Below are positions 31,442 to 42,100 of a DNA stretch of 64,000 bases, piece after piece. The stretch lies in the IMG/VR virus record IMGVR_UViG_3300045971_000344, positions 124,001 through 188,000 of that record; one strand, given 5' to 3'. The translations under genes were made by a program, and so were the position numbers. Numbering within the stretch: the stretch's first letter is position 1; every line of letters starts with the position of its first letter. The notes beneath the pieces are model-generated. The model had not been told where the DNA came from. It made no database searches and worked only from the letters and a program-made list of their open reading frames with translations.

Positions 31442-33961
31442 CTATGTTAGGTTTATTGTAACTGTAGCTAATTCTGATACTGCATAAGTGTCACGTGCCT
31501 TATAAGTAAAGACATCGGTTACAGGAACAACCACTCCAGAATACGGTATATAAACTAAGTTAGGAGCTGTTCCGGATAATGTACCATAGTTTGGATCGTT
31601 AACTAAGAAGTATTCTATAGGGGTATTATTACTATGTCGAGAGGTTAAAACAATTGGAAGTACCGAAGTTTTAGTTATATCAAAGCGCAAGTTACTACAA
31701 ACTGGTGCATTAAGGACCTCTACCTTTGGCAACAGCGTGGGAGAAATTATGGCTGTTATTGTCTGTCCATTACTCAATTTCAGCCGTAAGTTTACATTAG
31801 CGATAAAGGTAACGAGACCCTCAATTGAGTGTCTGTCTGCTGAAATACTTAATTCATAAGAGTCACCAAGTATTTCAGTTATGGTATAGACGCTAGAAAT
31901 AAGAACATTACATTCTGTATTATTCATAACTTTATGGATCAGATTATCTGCAACAGTATGCTGTCCAGTATTACTGCTTAAAAACGATTCTGTTTCAGAT
32001 AGAATTTGATACTGAGTTCTAACGCTATTTGCTGAATTTATATAGATAACAGGAAGAATACCTGGAGGTAAGTTTAACACAAAAGAATCAGTTAGACTAA
32101 AGATTAATCCAGCTGATTGTCCCCAATTTTTGGCGGCCCAAACAAAATTAAAAGTTTCTCCTGGATTGGCTATAAAAAATACTTTTCTGTATCCATTTGG
32201 TATTTGATATGTAGCCAGAAAACGGTTATCATAAGGATACCAACCCGTATCAGTATCAGTTAGTATTCCATTTATATAAAAAACAGAGCTATTGTCTGTC
32301 ATGTAGATCATTACCAAAGATAAAGGAGAATTTGTATTATTCTTCCAGGAGGCTTCAAATCTAATTTCTTTATTAGCAATAGCCGTCTGGTCAGCCATAA
32401 CTTCATTCCAAATCCACCATGCGGTAGTATCTGGAAAATTAGATACTGTTCCCCACGGGTCTGAACCATATTGACCAATCTTATTAGCCGTGGCGATAAT
32501 TATCTGAGCATTTGATTCCAAAGGAATAACTGCACCGGAGGGATCTAAATTTCCTGCATCAAAATCTGCTATCTGAGCATAAGAGTTTGTAGTAGGAGTA
32601 TCAGCTTCGTCTGGAGGAATTATTGTAACAACTGATACAGGGCAACTTTCGGGTTTTACACCTACTGCAACACCAGCATCTACTAAAACTGTCCCACCAT
32701 CATCCAAAGCAGTACCTTGACCTGCGTCAATACAAGTCTCTGGGTCACCTATACCGATGTTATACGTTGGAACATAAGGTAATACCCCAAGAGTGGGACT
32801 ATAGTCTATACTTCCCAAGAAAGTTATTATCTTATATAAGTTTGTTCTGGTACGTCTCTCTACAGATTGCCCTAGAACAGCATAATGTCTTATTATTGTA
32901 TTTGTTTTACTTACATATATAGGAGAAGTATAAATTTTTCTATTTGGGTCAACCCTAGGGTCTAAGCCATTTATAGTATAGTAAATAGTTGCTTGTTCTT
33001 CATTACAAGTCAGAACAACATAAAGTTCTTTCTGGTAACAACCCGTTGGAGGAGTAGCCCAAGATTTGAGCTTTAGATGGACGATATTAGGAAATCCTGG
33101 AGGATACTGATCCATATTTTGGTCAAATATGGAACACAATTCTTGATATTTCTCTTCACATTGCCCAAAATCAGGGGCATAAAAACAAGCACAAAAGCCT
33201 ACGGTATAATAAGACACACCTGTAGGTGGTGCTCCTACTTCCGAAGTAAGCCTACTAATTATGCCTTGTTTCTTTGGAGGTAGCATAACCGCGTATGCAC
33301 CTGTACCAGAGAGCTCATTTATCAATCCCTTAGCCGCAGATGTAAATTTATTTGTGGCAGAAGTCATACTAGTTAGCGTATTTATATTGTGCTTCAAGTT
33401 TGCAATAAAGGTATTACCAGATTCGCACAAGCCTTTCGCCATTCCAAGAGGACCCGGGATTATATCCCCTAGTGTAGCTTTTTTCCAAACATCTTTAACC
33501 TGAGGAATAGTCGCTACTTTTGGGGTTGAATTAGGCGGAGTATTCTTAACCCTAAGGGGCTTAAAAGAGGAAGGTGCTGTCTTCAACTGATCCATGGCTG
33601 AAGTAAAAGAGGAAAGAGATGCATCTAAGGTAGGGGCACACATTATAACACAGATGCCAGTAGTACAATAATAAGGATCTTCTGGAGGAGCGTTTGGTGC
33701 GAGCCTCATTCGGTTGGCCCAACTACCTTTGGACGGACTAAGAACAATAGCATAAAATCCAGATGAAGTAAGGGCCTTTATCATGTTCTGCAAAAAGTTT
33801 ATTTTGTCCAAAAGGTTATTCAAGCACGACACTAATAGGTTTCGTAACATACCTATTAGGTTACCTAATGCTCGAGCCTTTGAGTCAATCATATTTATTA
33901 AGGACGAAACTGGTCCTAAGATCATTCCTAAGGATAAGCTATTCCATGCCATATAGATCAA
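31442..33961 (-). CDS. Virion/baseplate-associated protein with duplicated N-terminal module and Ig-like/lectin-like domains
   Basis: Two G.YA..L.P...R....APP...Y...G.C...AP repeats; ATIYYTINGLDP (Fn3-associated/chitobiase-like); AWWIW...DN lectin-like region; C-terminal P..GTLSGTAPNLVY.P...DVFTY Ig-like domain. Confidence 0.6.
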   Translation of the reverse strand: MIYMAWNSLSLGMILGPVSSLINMIDSKARALGNLIGMLRNLLVSCLNNLLDKINFLQNMIKALTSSGFYAIVLSPSKGSWANRMRLAPNAPPEDPYYCTTGICVIMCAPTLDASLSSFTSAMDQLKTAPSSFKPLRVKNTPPNSTPKVATIPQVKDVWKKATLGDIIPGPLGMAKGLCESGNTFIANLKHNINTLTSMTSATNKFTSAAKGLINELSGTGAYAVMLPPKKQGIISRLTSEVGAPPTGVSYYTVGFCACFYAPDFGQCEEKYQELCSIFDQNMDQYPPGFPNIVHLKLKSWATPPTGCYQKELYVVLTCNEEQATIYYTINGLDPRVDPNRKIYTSPIYVSKTNTIIRHYAVLGQSVERRTRTNLYKIITFLGSIDYSPTLGVLPYVPTYNIGIGDPETCIDAGQGTALDDGGTVLVDAGVAVGVKPESCPVSVVTIIPPDEADTPTTNSYAQIADFDAGNLDPSGAVIPLESNAQIIIATANKIGQYGSDPWGTVSNFPDTTAWWIWNEVMADQTAIANKEIRFEASWKNNTNSPLSLVMIYMTDNSSVFYINGILTDTDTGWYPYDNRFLATYQIPNGYRKVFFIANPGETFNFVWAAKNWGQSAGLIFSLTDSFVLNLPPGILPVIYINSANSVRTQYQILSETESFLSSNTGQHTVADNLIHKVMNNTECNVLISSVYTITEILGDSYELSISADRHSIEGLVTFIANVNLRLKLSNGQTITAIISPTLLPKVEVLNAPVCSNLRFDITKTSVLPIVLTSRHSNNTPIEYFLVNDPNYGTLSGTAPNLVYIPYSGVVVPVTDVFTYKARDTYAVSELATVTINLT

Positions 33962-33966
33962 TCCTT

Positions 33967-34275
33967 TTAACTCAAATATCCTGCTATTATACCTGCACCG
34001 GCCGAACCTTTATCTGTAGCCCCTGGGGCCGCCGTTAAATTTGAATGACTTTTTATTTCAAGTATAACTTCATTAGCAATAGCGTAAGATAGACAATCCA
34101 CAAAAGAGTATAACGCGGATAATCCATCTGGGGTTACACCAAACAACGCGCTTTCTGAAGCTAAGATTGAAGACATAGCGGTCTCACGAATATTATTATA
34201 TAGCCTGTCTACCTGTAACCCACCCATACCAGAGGGGCTTACTAAGACAGTTTTAGAAGTTCTTGGAGCGGTCAT
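33967..34275 (-). CDS. Small baseplate/spike-associated protein
   Basis: 102-aa ORF translationally coupled to the spike gene. Confidence 0.5.
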   Translation of the reverse strand: MTAPRTSKTVLVSPSGMGGLQVDRLYNNIRETAMSSILASESALFGVTPDGLSALYSFVDCLSYAIANEVILEIKSHSNLTAAPGATDKGSAGAGIIAGYLS

Positions 34276-35039
34276 GGTTTTGTACCTCCAGTTGTTGCAA
34301 AGACCTCATTACTGTAGTCCCCGTGACACTGATGAGTAAACGCGCAGATAGATGCGCCTGTAACTACTCCTGCAAGATCAGTTGAACCGGATTTACCTTG
34401 AAGATTTATTATACCACCTGCGGATACATTTACATCTTTTGAGGCCTTTACTATAACGTTATCCGATTTAGCTTCAACTATTACTTGCTTAGTATTAGCA
34501 GTTACTTGAATATCCCCAGTTAGAGATGTTGCTACAATGTTACCTCCTACTATTAAATTACATGCGCCATCGATCTCAATACTGCAACTGCCTCTTACGG
34601 TGAGTCGCATATCACCTGGATTAAAGATATCCATATAGTTATCTTTTTCATCAATAACTAGATAGCATCCATTTGATAAGGCAAAGATCTTTCGGTCAGG
34701 ATAATTAACCTGAGACTTATCCATTACTACTGTCTTAAAGATTGTAGTAGGATGATACTGTGGATGATAAACGGACCCATCTAAGAAAATAATGTCTACG
34801 TAGGCTCCAATACGTGGCACATTGAACGTACCTACGTTCTTCATAGACCCATCTGCATCATTGCTCGAAGGTATCGCCCAAGGGCTAACGTCCAAAGAGA
34901 ACTCAAAAAACTTCTCTATCTTGAATTTTATTCTTCCCAATTGCTTAGGGTCTTTGTTCTCAATAACTTGAGCTCGGTGGCGAGTAGTCCCGTTTATTCC
35001 TATTCTAGAGATATCTCTAGTTGAATTTATTAAACTCAT
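34272..35039 (-). CDS. Baseplate central spike (gp5/gpV-like, no lysozyme domain)
   Basis: OB fold VIENKDPKQLGRIK...PWA.P...VPRIGAYV.I.F.DG...P.Y, beta-helix repeats, and Cys/His tip CAFTHQCH. Confidence 0.85.
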   Translation of the reverse strand: MSLINSTRDISRIGINGTTRHRAQVIENKDPKQLGRIKFKIEKFFEFSLDVSPWAIPSSNDADGSMKNVGTFNVPRIGAYVDIIFLDGSVYHPQYHPTTIFKTVVMDKSQVNYPDRKIFALSNGCYLVIDEKDNYMDIFNPGDMRLTVRGSCSIEIDGACNLIVGGNIVATSLTGDIQVTANTKQVIVEAKSDNVIVKASKDVNVSAGGIINLQGKSGSTDLAGVVTGASICAFTHQCHGDYSNEVFATTGGTKP

Positions 35040-35052
35040 AAGATTGATCCAC

Positions 35053-38000
35053 CTATAGTAATTTACTGTCTATTGTTAGCATGTAACCACTGGTTGAACC
35101 ATCGGCAGTCATTACTTTCTTAACGACCTGTCCAGAAGTTGAGGGCACTACGTTAGTTATTGCTCCTGCCGTGGTCGGACTTATATAGTAGTCCGCCCCA
35201 TCTACAAGTCCCGACAAACCTGTTACATATCCTCCAGTACGGAGAGTAAAAATGCTTGTACTTATTACCGCAGTTACTACCCCTATCGCATTTGCCGTGC
35301 CTAAGGCATTGGCCTGTGCTTTATAGTAAGCACCAGAACCACGGTACACCCAAGTTCCAACAGTGAATCCGTGGGTGGCCTGTGTAATATCTCTTAACTG
35401 ACCTGATACATCAGCAATTTTTTTATTACCTGACGGAAGACCTACATAGAGCTCTGTAGTATCTGTAGTTATATATAGTTCCCCTTGTCCAAGACTTGCA
35501 GGAAGAGCGGCTTTAGTTCCTCTATTTATGTCTAGTGTGTAGTTTACAGCAGCGTCTATTATCCTGCGTACCGTATAAACATCATAGGTCATTGATAAAT
35601 CCAAAAGATATGGGGAGGTTATTGCGGTCGACCCACAGTTGAGGACTACAACCATCTTCCAATACTCATAGTAATCGCTGATTTTACCGAACAGGTTCTC
35701 CGTGCCACCGCTTGTTATACTCGATACACCTTGCTGATAGTAGGTAGTAGCTGATGGGTACACTGTGTATGTGCCCGCTGTGAACGCAGCAGTGGAGCTA
35801 CCTATCAACTGGAACTTGGGGTACGCATTTCCACTAACCAGACTCCAGTTGGCAGTAAAGCTCTTTGGCTTTATGAACACAGATGCAGCGATTCTAAACG
35901 CCGCTGACGTCCACTGTTGGTCAAGAGTTGAGTAGGTGGACGGAGCAAACACTACCTTGGAATAGTCAATCTGTGGAGTAGAAATACCTAGGTTAATAAT
36001 ATTATACTTATAATAGAATTGCCCATTTGAACCCCAACCCAAGTTAATTGTGTTAATCCCATAAGGTATAGCATACTCGCTCGTCCAGTTAATATTATCC
36101 TGTGAGAACTGTGCAGTTATAGTAACACCTGCGGGATACTGAACTACGTTGGACACAAATGAAGTTACTGTCGTACTTACTTTACCAGATAAGAGATTAG
36201 TAGATACTGCTGTTGCAGCAGTTGCATAGGTTCCAACCATAACGTACTTTGGAGTAGCTACCGATGCTCCAATAGTATTAAGGTTAAACTGTGTAGCGGT
36301 ACCTATGGTTGCCCCGCTAAAAGACTGGTACTGAACAACTACATAGCCACAAGAACCATCACCAGATTGTCCATAGTTACCATAGCCGCCACAGCCACGT
36401 CCTCCAGAACAATCGAAGTAACAAGTTCCAGAAGTAATAGAACTAGCTTTTATCAAAATTGAACCACCAGCAGCTCCACCACTAAACGCTCTAGTATCAA
36501 TAGGGTAGTATAACCCTCCACCAGAAGATTTAACCGAGCCATTGAAAATAAAGGTACTTGCATAGATAGCAACTATACCACCACCGGCGCCCCCCGTTGC
36601 AGGAGAACTTCCTTGAGCAGAAGCTGCGCCAAAGGTTAGGGTCTTTAAGTCCGGATCCCCATAAGGAGCACCTGCTTGACTGGCAGGTCCATTTGACCCC
36701 CAACCTGCATGTCCCGCACCAGCACCACCAGATACAGAAGAGCCACCTGCAGAACCACCACCACCAGTGTAATCTATACAGGACTGACCATAGATGCCTT
36801 CACCATAAGGTGGACTTGCTGCACCTCTGAATCTATATCCCGCAGACGCTGCGCTTACTGATCCATTATTTGTAAATGTTCCAGACACACGAAAACAAAT
36901 AATACCATTAGTAGTACCATTCCAACCGCTAACATTTATTGCTCCAGCAGTAGTTATAGTAAGGTTATTAAAATTTGGGACTCTCTGTAGTATAACCTTT
37001 TGATTAGTAGCTGCTATCCCTATATTAAAATCTGTATCTACTGCATCGCCATAAAATTTTGTTTTATTAGATGTAAAAGTAACTACGTTATTTGTTCCGC
37101 CTGAAGAGCTTATCGCTGCTATCCTAACGAACTCAAAGACCCCTACGTTAGGAGCTAATGTAGTTGAACCTTGGACGTTTAATAGTAATAATTCTTCCCC
37201 TACTTCCCAGCCATCTAATACCGCATTAGTGTTAATTATTGCTTGATTTGGTAATAAAGATAACACAGCACTACAATAAGCTCTATATTTATTTTTACCA
37301 TCAGAAGTAACCTGAGTATTACCTGTCAGATTTATTGTTGAACCTATAGTAAAGTCACCATCCGCGCCATTTCCAAAGTCTGCAATAGCCGAACCTACTA
37401 CTAGATTACCAGATATTGTAGTTACGTTTGAGCTAAGAGTAGAATTGATTAAACTTTGGTCGTTATATGAATCCTGTACTTCGCCAACTGTTACCTTTAG
37501 TCCAAGTTGATTTCCTGTGGCGGGGCTATCCATACCAGAGGCGAACACCGCGCCTGTTGTGTTGAAGTCAGCGTTAGACGTCCATGTAACAGTACCACCC
37601 TGTACAACATCTCCTATCTGGATTGTAGTAGCATTATTAGCTGGATCATCCGTAGCTATTATGTTACCTGTGAAATTCAGCTTTGCCCTTTGTGGGAAAG
37701 CTGCGAGATTTCCGTCAATCTCATGACCTGCTTGTGACTCGGCCTTCCAGTACCTAGCATTTAGCTTTGTGGAGGCCAATACATACCCATCATTGGCTGG
37801 AGTACCTAAACTATTCTCCTTCAAGGCCAGTGCTGTATTAACCTCCGTCTTGGTGAAAGCGTCGGTAATACCGTATCCTGCAACTGTAGTAGCCTTACTT
37901 GCCTTGTTAGCATCTATTTCTGTTTTAGTGTACGCATCGGTAATTCCGTATCCAGTAAGCGTAGTGGCCTTTGTTGCCTTTAAAGCTAATGAAGTATCAA

Positions 38001-39117
38001 CTTGCGTCTTTGTATACGCGTCTATTATTCCATATCCCGCTAGAGTGGTAGCTGGAGATATTTTACCAGCTAATGCTGCGTCTATTTCAGTCTTTGTATA
38101 GACCGCAGACTTATCAGCCTTTAGTGATAACGCGGTAAAAAACGCAGTTAAATTTGCTTGGTCTGCTATTATTGCATCAGCTATTTCTTTTAAGGTATCT
38201 AAAGCTAGTGGGGCACCAGCAGTTAAATAAGTAAATTTTCCATCTATATCCGTCTTTGTATACGCATCTGTTATTCCATATCCTGCAAGTGTCGTAGCAG
38301 GAGACAACTTTTCAGATAGGGCAGTATCTACTTCGGTCTTTGTATAAGCATTTTCTATATTAAATGAAGATAAAGTATTGTGGGCTGTTACTGATAATAC
38401 AGTTGTGTCAATAGAGTCAGAAAATATAAGTGGACCCGCTAACTTTAATATGTCTCTTTGTGTAAGAACAGTTCCATCACTGTTCTTAAGCACATGACCA
38501 CCAGACATTTTTATCCAAGATCTAACTCCAGAGGCGCTAGAACTAAGAATATACCCGTCAACTGGAGGACTTCCAAGCGCATCCGCAACCGAGTCTACTG
38601 TAGTTGTATTTCCCACAGTAGAGATAATCATGTTAGCCCCAAAATCTATATTACGAGGCTGTATTGGTAACACAACACCCTTATCTTTTAGAATAAAAAA
38701 TGGTTCGTTAGCAATATCGAAATCAGTTAGTACATGATAGCTAGAATTTAATATAAATCCAGAAGTTTCAGAATCAGCTACAAGTATAGGATAAATTACT
38801 GACCCTACAGTAGTAGGAATATCAACTGAAATTGTTCCTGGCTCAATACCTAAAAAGTACGTAGACCCATCAGATAAACCTAAAAAGCTACTTACTTTAC
38901 CGGATGAAACTATAGTAAAAACATCTGCATCTTTCACATAATCCACAATGCCAACAACAATGGATGTACTCTCTGTGGCTGCAGAAGTAAGCGCATAAAA
39001 TCCAGATGCTCTATATAACCACTGTCCTACTGAAAATCCATGATTGACCTGGGTTACTGTAGTAATACCAGAACTACCTAAAATAGAGTAGTCTATTCTT
39101 ATTGCACTATTTGACAT
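35053..39117 (-). CDS. Long fibre protein (1354 aa), paralog of 39152..43372
   Basis: TTLAGYGITDAYTKT shaft repeats, Gly-rich domain, RGT...L.QGELYITTDT.ELYVG module. Confidence 0.8.
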   Translation of the reverse strand: MSNSAIRIDYSILGSSGITTVTQVNHGFSVGQWLYRASGFYALTSAATESTSIVVGIVDYVKDADVFTIVSSGKVSSFLGLSDGSTYFLGIEPGTISVDIPTTVGSVIYPILVADSETSGFILNSSYHVLTDFDIANEPFFILKDKGVVLPIQPRNIDFGANMIISTVGNTTTVDSVADALGSPPVDGYILSSSASGVRSWIKMSGGHVLKNSDGTVLTQRDILKLAGPLIFSDSIDTTVLSVTAHNTLSSFNIENAYTKTEVDTALSEKLSPATTLAGYGITDAYTKTDIDGKFTYLTAGAPLALDTLKEIADAIIADQANLTAFFTALSLKADKSAVYTKTEIDAALAGKISPATTLAGYGIIDAYTKTQVDTSLALKATKATTLTGYGITDAYTKTEIDANKASKATTVAGYGITDAFTKTEVNTALALKENSLGTPANDGYVLASTKLNARYWKAESQAGHEIDGNLAAFPQRAKLNFTGNIIATDDPANNATTIQIGDVVQGGTVTWTSNADFNTTGAVFASGMDSPATGNQLGLKVTVGEVQDSYNDQSLINSTLSSNVTTISGNLVVGSAIADFGNGADGDFTIGSTINLTGNTQVTSDGKNKYRAYCSAVLSLLPNQAIINTNAVLDGWEVGEELLLLNVQGSTTLAPNVGVFEFVRIAAISSSGGTNNVVTFTSNKTKFYGDAVDTDFNIGIAATNQKVILQRVPNFNNLTITTAGAINVSGWNGTTNGIICFRVSGTFTNNGSVSAASAGYRFRGAASPPYGEGIYGQSCIDYTGGGGSAGGSSVSGGAGAGHAGWGSNGPASQAGAPYGDPDLKTLTFGAASAQGSSPATGGAGGGIVAIYASTFIFNGSVKSSGGGLYYPIDTRAFSGGAAGGSILIKASSITSGTCYFDCSGGRGCGGYGNYGQSGDGSCGYVVVQYQSFSGATIGTATQFNLNTIGASVATPKYVMVGTYATAATAVSTNLLSGKVSTTVTSFVSNVVQYPAGVTITAQFSQDNINWTSEYAIPYGINTINLGWGSNGQFYYKYNIINLGISTPQIDYSKVVFAPSTYSTLDQQWTSAAFRIAASVFIKPKSFTANWSLVSGNAYPKFQLIGSSTAAFTAGTYTVYPSATTYYQQGVSSITSGGTENLFGKISDYYEYWKMVVVLNCGSTAITSPYLLDLSMTYDVYTVRRIIDAAVNYTLDINRGTKAALPASLGQGELYITTDTTELYVGLPSGNKKIADVSGQLRDITQATHGFTVGTWVYRGSGAYYKAQANALGTANAIGVVTAVISTSIFTLRTGGYVTGLSGLVDGADYYISPTTAGAITNVVPSTSGQVVKKVMTADGSTSGYMLTIDSKLL

Positions 39118-39151
39118 GCTACCCTCACTTAGCCTAAATATTATTGTACTA

Positions 39152-42100
39152 CTACATATTCTGACCGATTATCTGTCCAAACCAAGTAGTTCCTCCGTCG
39201 TAGGTTAAAAACTCAAAAATATCTATCTTATTAACCGATGCCGTAGGTGTTGGGATAGCACTGTTGTTCCACCTTATTGTACCCCAGTTTATTGTTCTCT
39301 GTGTACCGTCCGAAACTAAGATAAGTGTCATACGGTAAGATCTAGTTGAGGGTACGTTAGTCCTTAAGATTGAAGTTATATTAGCATTAAGAGTTGTTTT
39401 GAAGATATTATATAATGAGCAATCTAAGGTTATGCTACCAGAGGTAATAGAAACAGTAACCTGTGGAGCTGTAGTTATTGTTGGGGTACTATATATTTCT
39501 ACCCACTGTAAAGACTGAGTATTCCAAAATTTTATTATCTTAGTAGTAGGATTTACCCAGACAAGATTTGCTATTCCAGTTGGAGTAGTAGTTTGAACAG
39601 CTATATCTGATACCTTTGATGCAGCGATACTAACACCGTTACCTATGTATAGCTCTTTAGTATCTAATGCAATATAAGGTTCACCTTGTTGTAAGCTAGT
39701 TGGTAATGAAGATTTCGTACCACGCTTTAGTTCCAGCGTATAAATTGAAGCGGCATCAAGAATTTTTTGAACTTCCGAAACGTAGGTAAAGCTAAAATCT
39801 TGTACTGAAGGTGAAACTAACTGGTTACCACCTGCGTTTAACACTACAACAAGTTTCCAATAATTGAAAAAGGCGTTTACTTGAGTTTCAATATTAAGCT
39901 CTGTTCCAGATACGATACTATTTCCAGATCCACCTTGATAATAGGTAGTCTGAGTTGGGAAATAACTAGGTGCTGAAAAGTTTGAGGTAACACTACCTAT
40001 TAACTGAAATTTTGGCTGTGCGTTACCCGCCGCTGTTGTCCAGCGGCTTATAACTGTTTTTGGTCTAATAGCCACACCAGATGCCACGCTAAAGGGTGAA
40101 GACACCCAAGTCTGATCTGTTAGAGAAAAAACTTTTGGGGCAAAATTTACGGCCACACTAGAAACTTCTGGAGTTGTAGTTGCACAGGTAAAGTATAGTC
40201 TATAATAGAAATTATTAGTGGTCCACCCAAACCACTCAATATCCAAAGTATTATTTCCGTACACAAGAGCTGTTGTTGACCCATTAGCTCCAGCTACGTT
40301 ATAGAATGTTGTTCCATCTGTACTGAATTGTATACCTAAAGTACCATCTATAGGAATTACAGTTACATTAACAAGTACGCTCTTAATTGAAGTTACCGTC
40401 TTTCCAACCAACATATTAGTAGAACTAAGTAAACCTGAAGATGCCACAGAAGATACTAGATTATAGAATGGTGTTGCAGTAGCATTTATTGTTGGATTTC
40501 CTGTCTTATATTGATAGGTTAATATAACCTTACCTACACCGCCAAACCGTATAGCTCCTGTGATAGCTCCAGCTACAGTTATCGAGTTTGTTCCGTAGTT
40601 TACGGTATTAGCTGCCAACAGTATCGTACCGCCAGCTCCACTACCTGTATAATTTCCGCTACTAGCGTTTAAACCCCCGGCAGTGCCAGCTGCGGATAGG
40701 GTACCTGTGATATTAGCTAAGTCTGAGAAAATAGCAATAATACCACCGCCTACTCCTCCGTAAGTATTACGAGTAATGTAATCGTCCGAACCACCAGAAC
40801 CCCCAAAATATAGCTTGCTAAGGTCGTTATAAACATCATATACTGGAGTTGTAGAATTATTACCTGTACCTGTTCCAACATGACTTCCGCTTCCACTGCC
40901 AGCGTTACCGGCTCCACCTATCTGTGCAGTACCTGCAATTCCAAGACCGGGAGATTGGACACCGCCATAAAGGTATGAATAGTACCCCCTACCTAGAGCT
41001 CGTATCGTACCATAATTATTTAATGTCTTACACCTAAAACAGATTATGCCGGTCAATACGCTTGTAGCTGTGGAGATAAAGCCTGAACAATCCAAGATAC
41101 TCGTAGAAGCATTTAGGGTAACAATATTCCAGTTTGGAACTCTTTGAACAAATACTATCTGATTAGTTGCCCTTGTTATACCTATATTTGCGTCTGAACC
41201 TGCAGTATTTCCGTAACACCGTACCTTATTAGTAGTAAAAGTTATTTTGTTTAAAGTAGTATTTACCGAAGCCACTCTTACAAACTCATAATTACCAACA
41301 TTAGAATAGTAAGTTGATGTTCCCATAACATTTATAATAAGTAGCTCATCCCCAACGGCATAAGTTATGCCTGTACCAACATTTGTCACTATTGCATAAT
41401 TTATGCCTAAAGCCGTACAGGTATATGAATTTGAAAACGTATTACCAGTAGTTGCATTTCCCGTACTAAAGACTATAGTAGTAGCAGCAGGGATAGTAAA
41501 GTCACCATCTGCACCAGTACCAGAATCAATTCCTATTCCTACCTTAGCAACACCTCCAGCAACAACTACATCGTGACTGGCAGCGGCGTCAACTAAATAG
41601 GTATCAACAAATTCATCTACTAAAACTCCGCTAGATGCTGCTAATGATAGTTCATTATTAGCAGCAGGCACCAAAAGTCCACTTGTAAAGGTAGCACCAT
41701 TAGCATTAAAGTCTGCATCGGTACTCCATAAGGCCGTACCATTTTGTGGGATATCTACAGCTACAGTAGTAGTATCAGTTAAAACAGGATCATCATAGGC
41801 CTGCATACCACCTATAAAATTAAGATTTGATCTTTGTGTTAGTGAGACCCCATTTATTTGTAGAGTATGTCCGAGCTTTCCCTCTGTCCAATACCGTGAA
41901 CCTGAGGTTGTAGACCTTAAAATTGCACCCTCAATAGCGGGATTACCCAAGCTATTTTCTTTTGCTAAGAACTTAGTATCTATTTGTGTAATAGTATAAG
42001 TATCTGTAATTCCATATCCCGCCAGTGTGGTGGACTTACTTGCCTTTGTAGCCAGATTGGTGTCTATTTGAGTAATAGTATATGCATCTGTAATACCATA